Shown in pieces: positions 23,876 through 24,650 of a DNA stretch of 24,650 nucleotides; the stretch's first letter is position 1, and every line of letters starts with the position of its first letter. Both the position numbers and the translations under genes were made by a program. This DNA comes from Gemmatimonadota bacterium (GTDB lineage Bacteria; Gemmatimonadota; Gemmatimonadetes; Longimicrobiales; RSA9): positions 1 through 24,650 of the forward strand of contig VEPF01000411.1 in assembly GCA_012027055.1 (NCBI GenBank), written 5' to 3'. The notes under the pieces were generated by a model. That model searched no databases and was not told the origin of the DNA. It saw only the letters and a list, made by a program, of their open reading frames with translations.

Positions 23876-24580
23876 TCATGCCGTCGGCGCTTCGCCCTGC
23901 CGCCGCCGGTATTCCTCCCACAGGTCCGGCCGCCGCTCCCGCGTCAGCCGCTCCGCCGCTTCCTGCCGCCAGGCTGCTACTCTGGCCCGATGCCCGGAGA
24001 GCAACACCTCCGGTACCGCCAGGCCGCGGTATTCCGCCGGACGCGTGTACGATGGCGGGCTCAGTAACCCTACATCATAAAACGAATCGCCCGCCGCCGC
24101 CTCGTGCGTACCCAGCGCCCCCGGCAGCAGCCGGACTACCGCGTCCGTCACCGCCAGTGCGGCATACTCGCCGCCGCTCAGCACGAAGTCCCCCAGCGAC
24201 AACTCCTCGGTCGCCAGCCCCGCCGCCACCCGCTCGTCCACATCCTTGTAGTGGCCGCACAGCAGGGTCAGCTCGGAGGCCAGGGACAGCCGCACCGCAT
24301 CGTCGTGGCCAAACCGCCGGCCCCGCGCCGAGAGCAGAACCACCGGGCCCTCGGGCTTCAAATCGTCCACGGCCTCGAAGAACGGCTCCGGCTTCATCAC
24401 CATCCCGGCCCCACCCCCGAACTGGTAGTCGTCCACCGTCCGGTGCCGGTCGTGCGTGTACTGCCGCAAATCAACCAACCGGTACTCCACCAGGCCGCGA
24501 GCGGCCGCCCTGGCCGGTATGCTCAGCCCGAGCGGACCGTCGAAAAAGGCCGGAAAGATCGTCACGATGTTGATACGCAT
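23876..24580 (-). CDS. trmD: tRNA (guanine37-N1)-methyltransferase
   Basis: MRINIVTIFP, VDD..FGGGAGMVMKPEP, SLGDFVLSGGE, RLLPG, DSF and P.YTRP motifs are present. Start moved to ATG 24580. Confidence 0.95.
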   Translation of the reverse strand: MRINIVTIFPAFFDGPLGLSIPARAAARGLVEYRLVDLRQYTHDRHRTVDDYQFGGGAGMVMKPEPFFEAVDDLKPEGPVVLLSARGRRFGHDDAVRLSLASELTLLCGHYKDVDERVAAGLATEELSLGDFVLSGGEYAALAVTDAVVRLLPGALGTHEAAAGDSFYDVGLLSPPSYTRPAEYRGLAVPEVLLSGHRARVAAWRQEAAERLTRERRPDLWEEYRRRQGEAPTA

Positions 24581-24614
24581 CGCCCGCCTCTCCACCCCCC
24601 CGGGGCGCGGCCCG

Positions 24615-24650
24615 CTACAGTTCCAGCCGACCCGCCGGCGGTGCTATCCC
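24615..24650 (-). CDS. rimM: Probable 3' end of ribosome maturation factor RimM (partial)
   Basis: The last codons read GIAPPAGRLEL*, resembling the RimM C-terminus (..PP.GLLEL*). The position fits the rpsP-rimM-trmD-rplS order. Only 11 codons are visible. Confidence 0.5.
   Translation of the reverse strand, partial: GIAPPAGRLEL

Noticed and set aside
603-24067. Many long overlapping ORFs (603..1871-, 4374..5612+, 7802..8956+, 8512..10026+, 13599..14819-, 17109..18890-, 21714..23630-, 22043..24067+)
   Set aside because: They are antisense or off-frame to genes with clear family motifs, are rich in Arg/Pro/Ala/Gly, and have no motifs or RBS. They are GC artefacts.
1-24650. CRISPR arrays, transposases, rRNA, phage or defence genes
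   Set aside because: No regularly spaced repeats, terminal inverted repeats, recombinase motifs or rRNA signatures were seen on either strand.

Overview
A very GC-rich (roughly 70%, judged by eye) bacterial chromosomal segment with no mobile elements, CRISPR arrays or rRNA. The style of the proteins (TonB receptor + DUF4249-like lipoprotein, Ig-like lipoprotein peptidase, GWxTD-like protein, TrmD 'HYKD') suggests Gemmatimonadota; this is inference. Left to right: ccdA (partial, -) sharing a CATG start with an alkaline-phosphatase-superfamily gene (+); an 8-gene minus-strand run (small hypothetical, DedA-CoaE fusion, PHP phosphoesterase, NrnA, hypothetical, Fur-family regulator, agmatinase, GWxTD-like secreted protein); a fused E1 alpha/beta 2-oxoacid dehydrogenase (+); a Tat-signal class V PLP enzyme (-) divergent from an alpha/beta hydrolase (+); a hypothetical; a TonB-dependent receptor + DUF4249-like lipoprotein (-) divergent from an Ig-like/HEXXH lipoprotein peptidase (+); a small hydrophobic protein; an atypical tRNA-Lys(UUU); two membrane proteins; and rnhB-rplS-trmD-(rimM 3' end). 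The best leads are the DedA-CoaE fusion next to two candidate pAp phosphatases, the receptor/lipoprotein/peptidase locus, a Fur-box-like promoter buried in the 3' end of the gene upstream of fur, an in-frame amber codon in the PHP gene, and the non-canonical tRNA D-arm. Several radical single-base changes at normally conserved positions suggest some base-call error, so single-nucleotide observations need read-level checks.
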